From Roseibacillus sp. (GTDB lineage Bacteria; Verrucomicrobiota; Verrucomicrobiia; Verrucomicrobiales; Akkermansiaceae): a stretch of DNA of 64,000 bases. Location of the stretch: positions 992,001 through 1,056,000 of the forward strand of contig JBPOGI010000001.1 of NCBI GenBank assembly GCA_051251855.1, given 5' to 3'. The notes below the pieces were generated by a model. That model did not search any database, was not told the DNA's origin, and was given only the letters and a program-made list of their open reading frames with translations. Positions 50,053-59,462 of the stretch are shown here, in pieces. A program made the position numbers and the translations under genes. Each line of letters opens with the position of its first letter. The stretch's first letter is position 1.

Positions 50053-50559
50053 ATGGCAACAGGTTCAGAAATTGTGCAAGTGGGGGTCGTGATGGGGAGT
50101 GACTCGGATTGGCCCACGATGGTGAAGGCGACCGAGGTGCTGGAGGAGTTTGGGGTCGCTTACGAAGCCCGAGTGGTCAGTGCGCATCGGACGCCGGAGC
50201 TTTTGATGGAATATGGGCAGACTGCTTTAGACCGAGGCTTGAAGTGTATTATTGCGGGAGCGGGTGGCGCGGCGCATTTGCCTGGGATGTTGGCTGCGGC
50301 GACCATTGTCCCTGTGCTGGGGGTGCCGGTGCGGTCGAAGGCGCTGAGTGGGATGGATTCTTTGCTGTCGATTGTGCAGATGCCGAAGGGAATTCCGGTG
50401 GCGACGTTCGCGATTGGGGAAGCAGGGGCTGCGAATGCGGGTTTGGCGGCGGTTTCGATTTTGGCGAATGAGAATGCGGAGCTACGCGAGAAGTTGTTGA
50501 AGTTCCGCGAGAACCAGCGGGATACTGTTTTGGCGAAGACGCTGCCACCGCAACTCTGA
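50053..50559 (+). CDS. purE: N5-carboxyaminoimidazole ribonucleotide mutase
   Basis: [45 protein letters not shown]. Confidence 0.97.
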   Translation: MATGSEIVQVGVVMGSDSDWPTMVKATEVLEEFGVAYEARVVSAHRTPELLMEYGQTALDRGLKCIIAGAGGAAHLPGMLAAATIVPVLGVPVRSKALSGMDSLLSIVQMPKGIPVATFAIGEAGAANAGLAAVSILANENAELREKLLKFRENQRDTVLAKTLPPQL

Positions 50560-50563
50560 TTTT

Positions 50564-51694
50564 TTGAAGACGATGATTTTACCGGGTGGAACACTGGGGG
50601 TTTTGGGCGGCGGACAGTTGGGACGCATGTTGTGTCTGGAAGCACGGCGCATGGGTTATCGCACCATCGTGTGGAGCGGTTCGGATGTGGCGGAGCCGAC
50701 GCAAGGGGTGGCGGATGAGGTGATTTTGAAGCCGTTTTCCGATGCGGAGGCGCAGGCTTACTTTATTAAAGAGGTCGATGTCGCGACGGTGGAGTTTGAG
50801 AATATTGACCATGATGTTTTACGAGCGGTTGATGAAGCGGTGGGTCTGCATCCTCGACCAGAGGCGGTGGCGATTTGTCAGAATCGTGAGCGAGAGAAGA
50901 TGTTTTTGCAGGGACAAGGGATTCCTTGTGCGCCTTTTCGTGTGATTGAGAACGCGGCTGATTTGGCGGCGGGGGTGACGGAGTTGGGTGGCAAGGGAGT
51001 GCTCAAGACCGCAGCCTTTGGTTATGATGGTAAGGGGCAGATTCGGGTTTCGGAGGGAATGGACTGGGAAACGGTTTGGGCGGAGTTTGATTTTCCGCGG
51101 GCGGTGTTAGAAAAATGGATTCCGTTCGAAAAAGAGGTTTCAGTCATGGTGGCTCGGGGTGGGGATGGTGAGATGGTGGTCTATGATGTCGCGGAGAATG
51201 TGCATCGAGAGCATGTCTTGGACTATTCGATTGTTCCCGCCGAGATTGACCCTGCGATTGCGCAGAAGGCTCAGGAGTTGGCGAGGAAATTGGCTGAGGG
51301 CCTCGATTATCGTGGGATTATGGGGGTGGAGTTTTTTGTCTCGGAGGCCGATGGGTTGATCGTGAATGAAATGGCGCCACGTCCGCATAACTCGGGGCAT
51401 CACACCATGGATGCGTGTGAGGCGTCGCAGTTCGAGCAGCAGTTGAGGGCGGTGATGGGGATTTCGTTGGGAAGTTCCAAGTTGTTAGAGCCGGTGGTGA
51501 TGTTGAACCTGTTAGGCGACCTTTGGCGTGGGGAGGGGCTCTTTGATAAGTTGGCTAATTCGGAACGGACGACTTGGCATGTTTATGGGAAGTCTCGGAG
51601 TTCGGGATTGAGGAAGTGTGGGCACGCGAACTTTTTGGGGGGAGGGGCGCTAGAACGGGCCTCGACGCTGAAGAAGTCGGTGTTGGGTTCCTGA
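50564..51694 (+). CDS. purK: N5-carboxyaminoimidazole ribonucleotide synthase
   Basis: LGGGQLGRM, TVEFENI, GYDGKGQ, NEMAPRPHNSGH, SQFEQQLRA. Confidence 0.96.
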   Translation: MKTMILPGGTLGVLGGGQLGRMLCLEARRMGYRTIVWSGSDVAEPTQGVADEVILKPFSDAEAQAYFIKEVDVATVEFENIDHDVLRAVDEAVGLHPRPEAVAICQNREREKMFLQGQGIPCAPFRVIENAADLAAGVTELGGKGVLKTAAFGYDGKGQIRVSEGMDWETVWAEFDFPRAVLEKWIPFEKEVSVMVARGGDGEMVVYDVAENVHREHVLDYSIVPAEIDPAIAQKAQELARKLAEGLDYRGIMGVEFFVSEADGLIVNEMAPRPHNSGHHTMDACEASQFEQQLRAVMGISLGSSKLLEPVVMLNLLGDLWRGEGLFDKLANSERTTWHVYGKSRSSGLRKCGHANFLGGGALERASTLKKSVLGS

Positions 51695-51702
51695 CTGGGT
51701 TT

Positions 51703-51834
51703 GTCACTGGGAGCGCTGGTCTTCGACCGGCCCCACTGGTTCGTTTTTCCGAAGTGATTGGGGTGGTTTGGGGTTTTGACGAACCTGCTTTGACGGGGCA
51801 GTGGGGCCGGTCACAGACCAGCGCTCCCAGTGAC
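51703..51834. repeat. REP/REPIN-like long inverted repeat
   Basis: 36-bp arms 51703-51738 and 51799-51834, reverse complements with 2 mismatches; each arm is itself a short palindrome. Confidence 0.8.
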
Positions 51835-52248
51835 GGTTCTTGTGAGAATTTCGGCGTGGTCGAAGGCGAGTAGGGGGAGGTTGTGGAGGGGGTGCCATTG
51901 GACGGCGGTGGCGTCGTCGGCGGCTTTGGGGGATTGGGTGTCTTGATTAGTTTTTGCGAGATAGACGAGTGAGACGGTATGACCTCGAGGGTCTCGGTTG
52001 GGGCGGCCGTAGAAGCCGGCTTGGTGGAATGTGAGTCCGGTAAGGTGGGTTTCTTCTTCCAGTTCGCGTGCGACGGCGTGGTCGGGATTTTCATTCTCGT
52101 CAACGAAGCCTCCCGGGAAGGCCCATTGGCCAGCGAAGGGTTCGTTCTTTCGCTGGATGAGGAGAACGTGAGTGGGGTTCTCCTCGGGCGCGAGCACGAT
52201 GGCGTCGACGGTGACCGCTGGGCGAGGGTAGTCGTAGGTGAAGGGCAT
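51811..52248 (-). CDS. Nudix hydrolase (ADP-ribose pyrophosphatase-like)
   Basis: Nudix box PGGFVDENENPDHAVARELEEET, RDPR, AADDA, LAFDH; no C-terminal wHTH. Confidence 0.9.
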   Translation of the reverse strand: MPFTYDYPRPAVTVDAIVLAPEENPTHVLLIQRKNEPFAGQWAFPGGFVDENENPDHAVARELEEETHLTGLTFHQAGFYGRPNRDPRGHTVSLVYLAKTNQDTQSPKAADDATAVQWHPLHNLPLLAFDHAEILTRTVTGSAGL

Positions 52249-52252
52249 GGCG

Positions 52253-54193
52253 TTAGAGTTCGTTCAGTTCTTTGGCGAAGCTGCCGCTGAGAATGGGGAA
52301 GCGGCACCAGGTCTTGGGGTCGAGGTTGTCGTCGTCGAGGTGGAAGCCGGGGGCGTAGCGTTCGCGTTTCCATTGGTTGCGGCTCCAGAGTTGGAAGAAG
52401 CGTTTGACCCAGGCCTTGAGTTGCTCCGGTTGGTATTGAGGGAAGGCGTCGGTGACGAGTTGGAGGATGTCTTTCGGGCTGCGCTTGTCGCGGATGGCCC
52501 ACTTTTCGATTTGGTCGAGGAGGGGGTAGGGCATGAGGTCGCCTTCGTCGGTTTGCTCCGCTTCGCCGGGACGGAGTTCGGCGGTGGGTTGCTGTTTGTT
52601 CACTGAGGCGAGTGCGGGGATGGGGGAAATCTCGGGAGCGCCGGTTTCTTCTATCCAGCGCAGCCAGTGACGGAGGAAGGCTTTGTCGATCCCTGCAATG
52701 GGGGCAAGTCCGCCGCAGGTATCGCCGTCCATGGTGGCATAGCCGACGGCTGCCTCTGAGCGGTTGCTGGTGGTGAGGAGGAGGGCGTTGCGAATGTTGG
52801 CGAGCATCCAGATGCCGGGGGCACGGACGCGGGCTTGGATGTTTTGGCGTGCGATGTCGTCGTCTTCCCAAGTGAGAGGGCGATCGAGGTGTTTTTCGAG
52901 AATACCTTCATAGCCATCAACGAGGGGAGCGATGTTCCAGTTGTCAAAGGTGCAGCCGAGAGCCTCGGCGAGGTCGCGTGCGGCGTTGAGGGTGGTGTCG
53001 CCGCTGTTTTCGCTGCCCTGATAGATGCAGGCGAGGAGGGTGGGCATGGCGAAGGCGTCCTTGTCTTTGCCGAGGTGAGCGAGTCTCTTTTTGAGGGCTT
53101 TGGCTCCGAGTTCTTGTTCGGCGAGTTGAAAGGTGAGGGCGACCAAGACCGCGCAGGCTGCTGAGTCGGCTCCGCCACTGAGAGAGACGATGAAGCCGCG
53201 GCTGTAGCTTTTGCGGAGGTAGTCGAAGAGTCCGAGGGTGACGGCGCGGGTGAATTCTTCTTCTTTGCCGAGAGGCTCAGGAAGTTGCGCGGCGGTGGGA
53301 AGGTGGGGACTCTCTTCCAAATGAGAGGGGTGCCGATGGAGTTGGTCAGACTCGAGGATGAAGGGGCGTCCGGCAGAGCGTGCTTGCGCCAGGCGGTTGA
53401 GTTCGAGGTCGACGGTGGCGGTGGTGAGGCAGTGGTCGCGGAAGCTGAAACGAGGGCCTTCCGCAATGAGTCGTCCACTGTTCGCGATGAGGTTGCCGCC
53501 GTCGTAAATGATTTTGCCGGCTTCGTTGCCGAGGAGGTTGGCGTAAAGGTAAGCCACTCCGAAGGCGCGTGAACCTTCGCGCACGAATTGACGGCGGGTG
53601 GTTTGTTTGCGAAAGGCGAAGTGGCTGGCGCTGGGGTTGAGGATGATGTCGGCTCCGAGTGAGCTGGCGTTGCGACCGGGGCGGTCGGGGACCCAGGCGT
53701 CTTCGCAGATTTCGAAAGCAACGCGCACGTCGCCCAGGGTGAAGACGAAGTCGCCGAGAGGGTATTCGCGGCCGTCGATGCGCACCTGTTCTTGCATGGT
53801 TTCGGGCCAAGGTGAGAACCAACGGGGCTCGTAGTGGAGTCCGTCGCCGGCGAGGTTTTGTTTGGCGTAGAAGCCGACGAGTTCGGCGTCAGAGATGAGG
53901 GCGACGACGTTGAAGAGTCTGTTTTGGTAGCGGAGAGGGAGTCCAATCGCGACGGCGAGGCCTTGGGTCTCGGGAAGCATGTTGAGGAGGATGGCGAGGG
54001 CGCGGTCGGCGGTGTCGGGAGCGAGGAACTGGTCTTCGCAGCCGTAGCCGGTGATGGCGAGCTCGGGGAGGCAGAGGAGGGCGGCCTGCTCTTTTTTTGC
54101 TTCGGCAATGACGGCGAGGATGCGCTCTTGGTTGCCGTCCCAGTCGAGTGGGGTTTGGTTGATTGAGGCGGCGGCGAGGTGGAGATTTCTCAT
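52253..54193 (-). CDS. nadE: Glutamine-dependent NAD+ synthetase
   Basis: Nitrilase domain (LPELAITGY, AKQNL, EICEDAW) plus SLSGGADS, QNIQARVR, TSNRSE, PTAEL; likely start ATG 54193. Confidence 0.96.
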   Translation of the reverse strand: MRNLHLAAASINQTPLDWDGNQERILAVIAEAKKEQAALLCLPELAITGYGCEDQFLAPDTADRALAILLNMLPETQGLAVAIGLPLRYQNRLFNVVALISDAELVGFYAKQNLAGDGLHYEPRWFSPWPETMQEQVRIDGREYPLGDFVFTLGDVRVAFEICEDAWVPDRPGRNASSLGADIILNPSASHFAFRKQTTRRQFVREGSRAFGVAYLYANLLGNEAGKIIYDGGNLIANSGRLIAEGPRFSFRDHCLTTATVDLELNRLAQARSAGRPFILESDQLHRHPSHLEESPHLPTAAQLPEPLGKEEEFTRAVTLGLFDYLRKSYSRGFIVSLSGGADSAACAVLVALTFQLAEQELGAKALKKRLAHLGKDKDAFAMPTLLACIYQGSENSGDTTLNAARDLAEALGCTFDNWNIAPLVDGYEGILEKHLDRPLTWEDDDIARQNIQARVRAPGIWMLANIRNALLLTTSNRSEAAVGYATMDGDTCGGLAPIAGIDKAFLRHWLRWIEETGAPEISPIPALASVNKQQPTAELRPGEAEQTDEGDLMPYPLLDQIEKWAIRDKRSPKDILQLVTDAFPQYQPEQLKAWVKRFFQLWSRNQWKRERYAPGFHLDDDNLDPKTWCRFPILSGSFAKELNEL

Positions 54194-54195
54194 GT

Positions 54196-55533
54196 TTAGG
54201 CGGGAAGGTGTTTTTGAATGAGTTCGTGTCGAGCGGCTTCTAACTGTGGGCTTCTGACGAGGGTGGCTGGATTTTGGCGATAGTGAGCCCAATTGGCGAG
54301 GGCGCGTTCGCGAATCTTGCTGAGAGGTTCGGCGGGTTGGGTCGCTTTGCCTTTTTTGAGGATGGGTTGCAGGAGGTGAGGCGTGGCGGGGTCTTCTTCG
54401 AGTTCGTTGAAGAGAGTGACTACGTTGTTGGTGTGGGTGGCGTTGAGGCAGCCGGGGTTCGAGACTTTGATGGCGTCGTTGCTGAGTTTGACGGTGTAAC
54501 GCCAGTCCTTTTTTTCGCGGATGGCTCCGAGTTTGTAGACGCCACCGAGGGCGGGTTGCTCGTAGGCGGTGACGAGTTTGGTGCCGACGCCCCAGGTGTC
54601 GATTTTTGCTCCCTTGGCTATGAGCTGCTGGATGGTTTCGACGTTGAGGTCGTTGCTGGCGACGATACGAGCTTGAGGGTAGCCGGCTTTGTCGAGGAGT
54701 TTGCGGGCCTCGATACTGAGAGCGCAGAGGTCGCCCGAATCGAGGCGGATGCCAGCGAAGGTATGACCTTGGGTTTTGAGCTCGTTGGCGATTTGAATGG
54801 CTTTCTTGACGCCTTCGGTGGTGTCGAAAGTGTCGACGAGGAGGGTGGTGTTGTTAGGAGCGGCTTCGGCATAGGCGCGGAAGCTGTCGAGCTCGTCATC
54901 GAAGCTCATGACCCAGCTGTGGGCGTGGGTTCCTTTGACGGGAATATTAAATTGTTGGCCGGCCAGAACGTTCGAGGTGGCGACACAGCCTCCGAGGTAG
55001 GCGGCTCGGCTGGCGCTGAGCCCACCATCGGGGCCTTGCGCGCGACGGAGTCCGAATTCAAGGACGGGATCGCCTTGCGCTGCTTCACAGATGCGTGCGG
55101 CTTGGGTGGCAATGAGGGTTTGGAAGTTGATGATGTTGAGAAGGGCTGTTTCGACGAGCTGACATTGCAAGATGGGACCGCGCACTTGCAGGATGGGCAT
55201 GTTGGGGAGAGCGAGGCTGCCTTCGGGGAGGGCTTTCACGGTGAGGCTCCAGTCGAGGTCGGCGAGGGTGTCGAGGTAGCCTTTTTGGAAGAGTGGTTGC
55301 TCGTCGTTGCCGGTGAGAGTGGCGAGGTAAGTGAGGTCTTCTTTGGTGAAGGTGAGGTTGCTGAGGTAGTCGAGGGCGGGTTGGATGCCGGCGACGAGGG
55401 CGGCGGTTTCGCCGAAGGGGGCGCGGCGGAAGAAGAGATGGAAGACCGCTTCCTGTTGGTGGCGGTCATGGTGCCAGTAGGCTTGCCCCATGGTGAGCTG
55501 GTAGAGGTCGGTGAGGAGGGGGCTGTTGGTCAT
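54196..55533 (-). CDS. pncB: Nicotinate phosphoribosyltransferase
   Basis: LLTDLYQLTM, EFGLRRAQG, GTHAHSW, LLVDTFD, IRLDSGD, GVGTKL, GGVYKL. Confidence 0.96.
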   Translation of the reverse strand: MTNSPLLTDLYQLTMGQAYWHHDRHQQEAVFHLFFRRAPFGETAALVAGIQPALDYLSNLTFTKEDLTYLATLTGNDEQPLFQKGYLDTLADLDWSLTVKALPEGSLALPNMPILQVRGPILQCQLVETALLNIINFQTLIATQAARICEAAQGDPVLEFGLRRAQGPDGGLSASRAAYLGGCVATSNVLAGQQFNIPVKGTHAHSWVMSFDDELDSFRAYAEAAPNNTTLLVDTFDTTEGVKKAIQIANELKTQGHTFAGIRLDSGDLCALSIEARKLLDKAGYPQARIVASNDLNVETIQQLIAKGAKIDTWGVGTKLVTAYEQPALGGVYKLGAIREKKDWRYTVKLSNDAIKVSNPGCLNATHTNNVVTLFNELEEDPATPHLLQPILKKGKATQPAEPLSKIRERALANWAHYRQNPATLVRSPQLEAARHELIQKHLPA

Positions 55534-55544
55534 GGAAAAGATGA

Positions 55545-55565
55545 TAGGTGTATTTTTTACACGAA
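55545..55565. promoter_or_regulatory. NrtR-type operator palindrome within the pncB promoter
   Basis: TAG-GTGTA-TTTTT-TACAC-GAA (GT-N7-AC core), lying between TTGTTC (-35) and TATCAT (-10) on the minus strand. Confidence 0.75.
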
Positions 55566-55611
55566 CAAGTTTTTTCTGTTTTGAATGACTGATGGCGAGT
55601 GAACTGGGGGC

Positions 55612-56568
55612 ATGATTGAACGGGCGGCAGCTTGGGTGACGGAGAAATTCTGGCTATGGACCTTGCTAGGGTTTGCCTGGGCTTGGCTGGTGCCGGCTCA
55701 CTTCACTTGGTTTTTGGGGACAATTGGTGAGGTGAAGCTCACTGCGCTAGGGTTGGGGATTATTATGCTGGGAATGGGGGTGACTCTGACGGTGCGCGAT
55801 TTTAAGGAAGTGTTGAAGATGCCGTGGCAAGTGGGCATTGGAGTGGGGGCCCAGTTTGTTGTGATGCCGTTTGTTGGCTGGTCGGTGGCGAATCTGTTTC
55901 AGCTACCAGATGAATTGAAGTTGGGGGTGATTTTGGTGAGTTGTTGTCCGGGAGGAACGGCGTCGAATGTGGTGTGCTTTTTGGCTCGTGGAAATTTGGC
56001 GCTGAGTGTCTTGATGACGATGACTTCGACGCTGCTGGCGGTGGTGTTGACGCCGCTTTTGACGAAGGCTTATGGGGCAGGGACTCTAGAGGTGAATGCG
56101 GGGGCGATGATTGTGACGATGGTGACCATTGTGCTTTTGCCGATTATTGCGGGGGTGTTGCTGAATCAGTTCTTTGGAGAAAAGTTGAAGTTGGTGAAGA
56201 CGATTTCGCCGGTGCTTTCGGTGTTGGTGATTGTGTTGATCGTGGGTGCGGTGGTGGGAGTGACGAAGGAGAATATCATCAAGTATGCGGGGACGCTGAT
56301 TCCGGCGGTGTTGACGGTGCATGTCTTGGGTTTTGGTTTGGGATATGGGTGGGCGAAGGTCTTTGGGTTTGGTTTGCGGGAGCGGCGGACGGTCTCGATT
56401 GAGGTGGGGATGCAGAACTCGGGGCTGGGGTCGGAGTTGGCGAAAACACATTTCAATTTATTGGTGGCGGCACCGTGTGCGATTTCGGCGTTTTTTCACT
56501 GTGTGATTGGGAGTGTGCTGGCGAGTTGGTGGTCGCGGGTTGATGAGAAAGAAGAGTCAGACATTTGA
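55612..56568 (+). CDS. Bile acid:sodium symporter (BASS) family transporter
   Basis: LGIIMLGMGVTL, AQFVVMP, CCPGGTASNV, SIEVGMQNSGL. Confidence 0.93.
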   Translation: MIERAAAWVTEKFWLWTLLGFAWAWLVPAHFTWFLGTIGEVKLTALGLGIIMLGMGVTLTVRDFKEVLKMPWQVGIGVGAQFVVMPFVGWSVANLFQLPDELKLGVILVSCCPGGTASNVVCFLARGNLALSVLMTMTSTLLAVVLTPLLTKAYGAGTLEVNAGAMIVTMVTIVLLPIIAGVLLNQFFGEKLKLVKTISPVLSVLVIVLIVGAVVGVTKENIIKYAGTLIPAVLTVHVLGFGLGYGWAKVFGFGLRERRTVSIEVGMQNSGLGSELAKTHFNLLVAAPCAISAFFHCVIGSVLASWWSRVDEKEESDI

Positions 56569-56606
56569 CTTTTGTTGGCGGGGTAGTGCCTTAGCTTGGA
56601 GGGGCG

Positions 56607-58433
56607 ATGGGTAAGGTGCAGGTGATGTCCGAAACGCTGGCGAGTCAAGTGGCTGCCGGTGAGGTGGTCGAGCGCCCATCGAGTGTGGTCAAGGAGCTGG
56701 TGGAAAATGCGCTGGATGCGGGGGCGAAGGAGATTGTGGTGGAGGTGCGGAAGGGCGGCATTGCGCTCATTAAGGTGCGCGATGATGGTTGTGGGATGTC
56801 GCGCGAGGATGCGGTGAAGAGTTTGGAGCGCCATGCCACGAGTAAGTTGACGGCGGTGGAGGATTTGGATGGGATTCGCACGCTGGGGTTTCGGGGGGAG
56901 GCGGTGCCGAGTATTGCCAGTGTGGCGCGGTTTCGGCTGACGACGCGGGAAAAGGGGGCGGACTTTGGCACCGAGGTGCTGGTGGAAGGCGGGACTCTCG
57001 GTGAGGTCAAAGAAGCGGGTTGTGCGGTGGGGACGGAGGTGGAGGTGAAGGACTTGTTTTTCAATGTGCCGGCGCGACGAAAGTTTTTGCGGACGGAGCT
57101 CACGGAGGGGGGGCATGTGGAGCATGAAGTGCGAATGCATGCGCTGGCGTCGCCGGGGGTGCGGTTTGTGTTTCGGAAGGACGGGAGGACGGTGTTCGAT
57201 GTGCCGGCGAGTAAGGATGCGCGGGTCAGGATTGGGGAACTGGATGGGCGTGAGTTGATGCGCTCGATGCAGGAGGTGAATTGGAGTGAGGGTGGGATGA
57301 CGGTGAAGGGATACGCTTTGCCGGCGGAGGGAGCGCGTAAGACGAGGCGCGGGCAGGCGATGTTTTTGAATGGGCGTCCGGTGGATGATCGGGTGATTTG
57401 GAAGGCAGTGTCGGATGCCTATGGAGAGAGATTGGGTCGAGGATTGTGTCCGGTGGCTTGGTTGTGGTTAGATTTGCCGGCGGGTTCGGTGGATGTGAAT
57501 GTGCATCCGGCGAAGAAGGAAGTGCGCTTTCATAAGCCGAGTGAGGTGCGGTCGGTTTTGATGGAGGCGGTGGCTGCGGGGCTGAGGGGGGAGATTCAGG
57601 GGGAGGATGACATCGTTGAAGGTGAGGAAGTGGCGGCGGTGGAGTTGGTGGGGGTGGCTACTGAAGAAGTTTCTGCTGAGGCGAAGGTTTCGAAGAAGAA
57701 GGTTCCTTTGACAGGGAAGGGTGCCTCAAATTTGCCTCCTTTGCCGTCGAAAGAGGCGTTGCAAGAATTGGTGAAGGCGGCGCCCAAGCCTGAGATGAAG
57801 GCTCGCACGATTGAGGTGCAGCAGCAGGGGGAGTTGGCGGTGGAGAAAGCTCCCACGGAGGGGGCGGAGAGTTTTCGGGTGGTGGGGTGCTTGCAGGACC
57901 GCTTTGTGATTTTAGAGGGGAAGGAAGGCTTAGTGCTGATGGACCCGAGAAACTCACGGGAGCGTATTGTGTATGAGCGCTTGTTGGGGAGAAAGCAGGA
58001 GAGTTTGTCGCAGGGACTGTTGGTGCCGGTGGTGTTGCATTTGGATGCGCGGGATGCGGCGGTGGTGTTTGCGAATCGAGAGAACTTTGCGGAAGCAGGG
58101 ATGGATATCGATGAGTTCGGTGGCAATACGGTGCAGGTGCGGAGTGCGCCTGATTTTCTGGGTGAGGGGGAAGTGGAAGAGTTGGTTTTGAGGTTGGTGG
58201 ATGAGTTGGTGGAGAGTGAAGGGACGCGAGGAGGGCGCTCGGTGGCGTTTGAGATTTTCGCGGCGAAGTTTGCGAGGCAAGGGGCCAAGGGCGAGAAAGC
58301 GCGAGTGGGGACGGCGCAGGGATTGTTGGAAGCGCTCTTTCAATGTCAGTTGCCGTATTGCACGGCAGATGGGCGTCCCACGATTGTGCATTATTCGACG
58401 AGTGAGCTGGATAGACGTTTTGGGAGGAAGTGA
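56607..58433 (+). CDS. mutL: DNA mismatch repair protein MutL
   Basis: AAGEVVERP, VKELVENALDAGA, RHATSK, GFRGEA, FFNVPARRKF, VDVNVHPAKKEV. Confidence 0.96.
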   Translation: MGKVQVMSETLASQVAAGEVVERPSSVVKELVENALDAGAKEIVVEVRKGGIALIKVRDDGCGMSREDAVKSLERHATSKLTAVEDLDGIRTLGFRGEAVPSIASVARFRLTTREKGADFGTEVLVEGGTLGEVKEAGCAVGTEVEVKDLFFNVPARRKFLRTELTEGGHVEHEVRMHALASPGVRFVFRKDGRTVFDVPASKDARVRIGELDGRELMRSMQEVNWSEGGMTVKGYALPAEGARKTRRGQAMFLNGRPVDDRVIWKAVSDAYGERLGRGLCPVAWLWLDLPAGSVDVNVHPAKKEVRFHKPSEVRSVLMEAVAAGLRGEIQGEDDIVEGEEVAAVELVGVATEEVSAEAKVSKKKVPLTGKGASNLPPLPSKEALQELVKAAPKPEMKARTIEVQQQGELAVEKAPTEGAESFRVVGCLQDRFVILEGKEGLVLMDPRNSRERIVYERLLGRKQESLSQGLLVPVVLHLDARDAAVVFANRENFAEAGMDIDEFGGNTVQVRSAPDFLGEGEVEELVLRLVDELVESEGTRGGRSVAFEIFAAKFARQGAKGEKARVGTAQGLLEALFQCQLPYCTADGRPTIVHYSTSELDRRFGRK

Positions 58434-58488
58434 GTTTTTTAGCCGCAAAGATGCTCAAAATCCGCAAAAATGAACTACCGTTGGAGAG

Positions 58489-58878
58489 TTGTCTCAGTTA
58501 ACTTCTCAAGGAATGGAGAATGCGTTCTACAAACTGATAAAGGATGAAGAAGCGATCCGTCTCGCAAATAGTGCTGTTTCTGATGATTTCCTGAAACAAA
58601 GAGCTGAATGCACAAGGTTTCAGTTCTATTTCAGGATATTTCAGAGCGAGCTGACCTTTCGTTCTTTTGTGGTGGTTGCGGTGTGGTTTTGGATCGGACA
58701 CTTTTTCGAGGACTCCTTTTTAGTAGCCATGCTGCTTGCTCTCCTCGTATTGGAAGTGAACTGGCGGCTGGTGAAAAGGGATGCAGTGAAGCAACTCTAT
58801 CGGAGGGAAACGGAGAGAGAAAAGAAGTCGGAGGAATCGAAGCAAGACAACGTATCCCAAATTCGAACGAGTTCGTGA
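58489..58878 (+). CDS. Hypothetical membrane protein (2 TM); start uncertain
   Basis: Two hydrophobic segments followed by a charged tail. Confidence 0.5.
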   Translation: MSQLTSQGMENAFYKLIKDEEAIRLANSAVSDDFLKQRAECTRFQFYFRIFQSELTFRSFVVVAVWFWIGHFFEDSFLVAMLLALLVLEVNWRLVKRDAVKQLYRRETEREKKSEESKQDNVSQIRTSS

Positions 58879-59432
58879 GTCGAGGTGGTCAGGTTGAAAG
58901 GGCTGGAAGATTAGGCCAAAACTCAAGGTTACCGGTTCGAGAGGTCTCTTTGGGGCAGAGAATTGCAGGTGTGTTCTTGGTGTTGATGAGTTGCCTCATT
59001 GCGGCTATCGGTGGGATGACTGTTTTTGCTGGAATTTCCCTTTGGATACGGTTGCAGGTGAACTCTGCAAAAGCTTCCGGGCAGCATGAATGGTTGCTGG
59101 CTGTTGGGATGATTCTGGGAGGGGTGAGTGCAATGTTCGCGGGGAATATCGCGGTGCAAGTGGGTCATTGGATTGCGGGAAAAGAAGTTTGGTCTCACAG
59201 CCGGAATCCGGTCAGAGCTGCGTGCCGAAAGGCTGTTTTTGAACTTGCTACTGTTTTCGGTTTTGCCGGTTCTATTGCGGGATTTCTTTGGCTGAGTATG
59301 CTTGTTCTTTACCGAGATTTTTCGATGTTGTGGTTTGCTCTCGGAACTTTTGTTCTCAGTCTGTTTCTTCTAGCGAGTGTGGCATGGTGGAGCAGAAGGA
59401 AGGGGCGTAGTTCTACTCCCTTGGGTGAGTGA
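58875..59432 (+). CDS. Hypothetical membrane protein (about 4 TM)
   Basis: Likely GTG 58875 overlapping the upstream TGA (GTGA coupling); four hydrophobic segments. Confidence 0.55.
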   Translation: MSRGGQVERAGRLGQNSRLPVREVSLGQRIAGVFLVLMSCLIAAIGGMTVFAGISLWIRLQVNSAKASGQHEWLLAVGMILGGVSAMFAGNIAVQVGHWIAGKEVWSHSRNPVRAACRKAVFELATVFGFAGSIAGFLWLSMLVLYRDFSMLWFALGTFVLSLFLLASVAWWSRRKGRSSTPLGE

Positions 59433-59462
59433 AATAGTGGAGACTGAGCGCCGAGATTCTCT

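Noticed and set aside
51811..52248. Calling the Nudix gene nrtR, or its TGA a second Sec codon
   Set aside because: It is only 145 aa with no winged-HTH; the hairpin around the TGA belongs to the REP-like repeat and there is no Cys partner motif
51555..55584. Long alternative ORFs 51555..52871 (-), 52651..54108 (-) and 54274..55584 (+)
   Set aside because: They overlap Nudix, nadE and pncB in other frames or antisense, have low-complexity P/S/T/R or G/V/E composition, and are explained by the codon and strand bias
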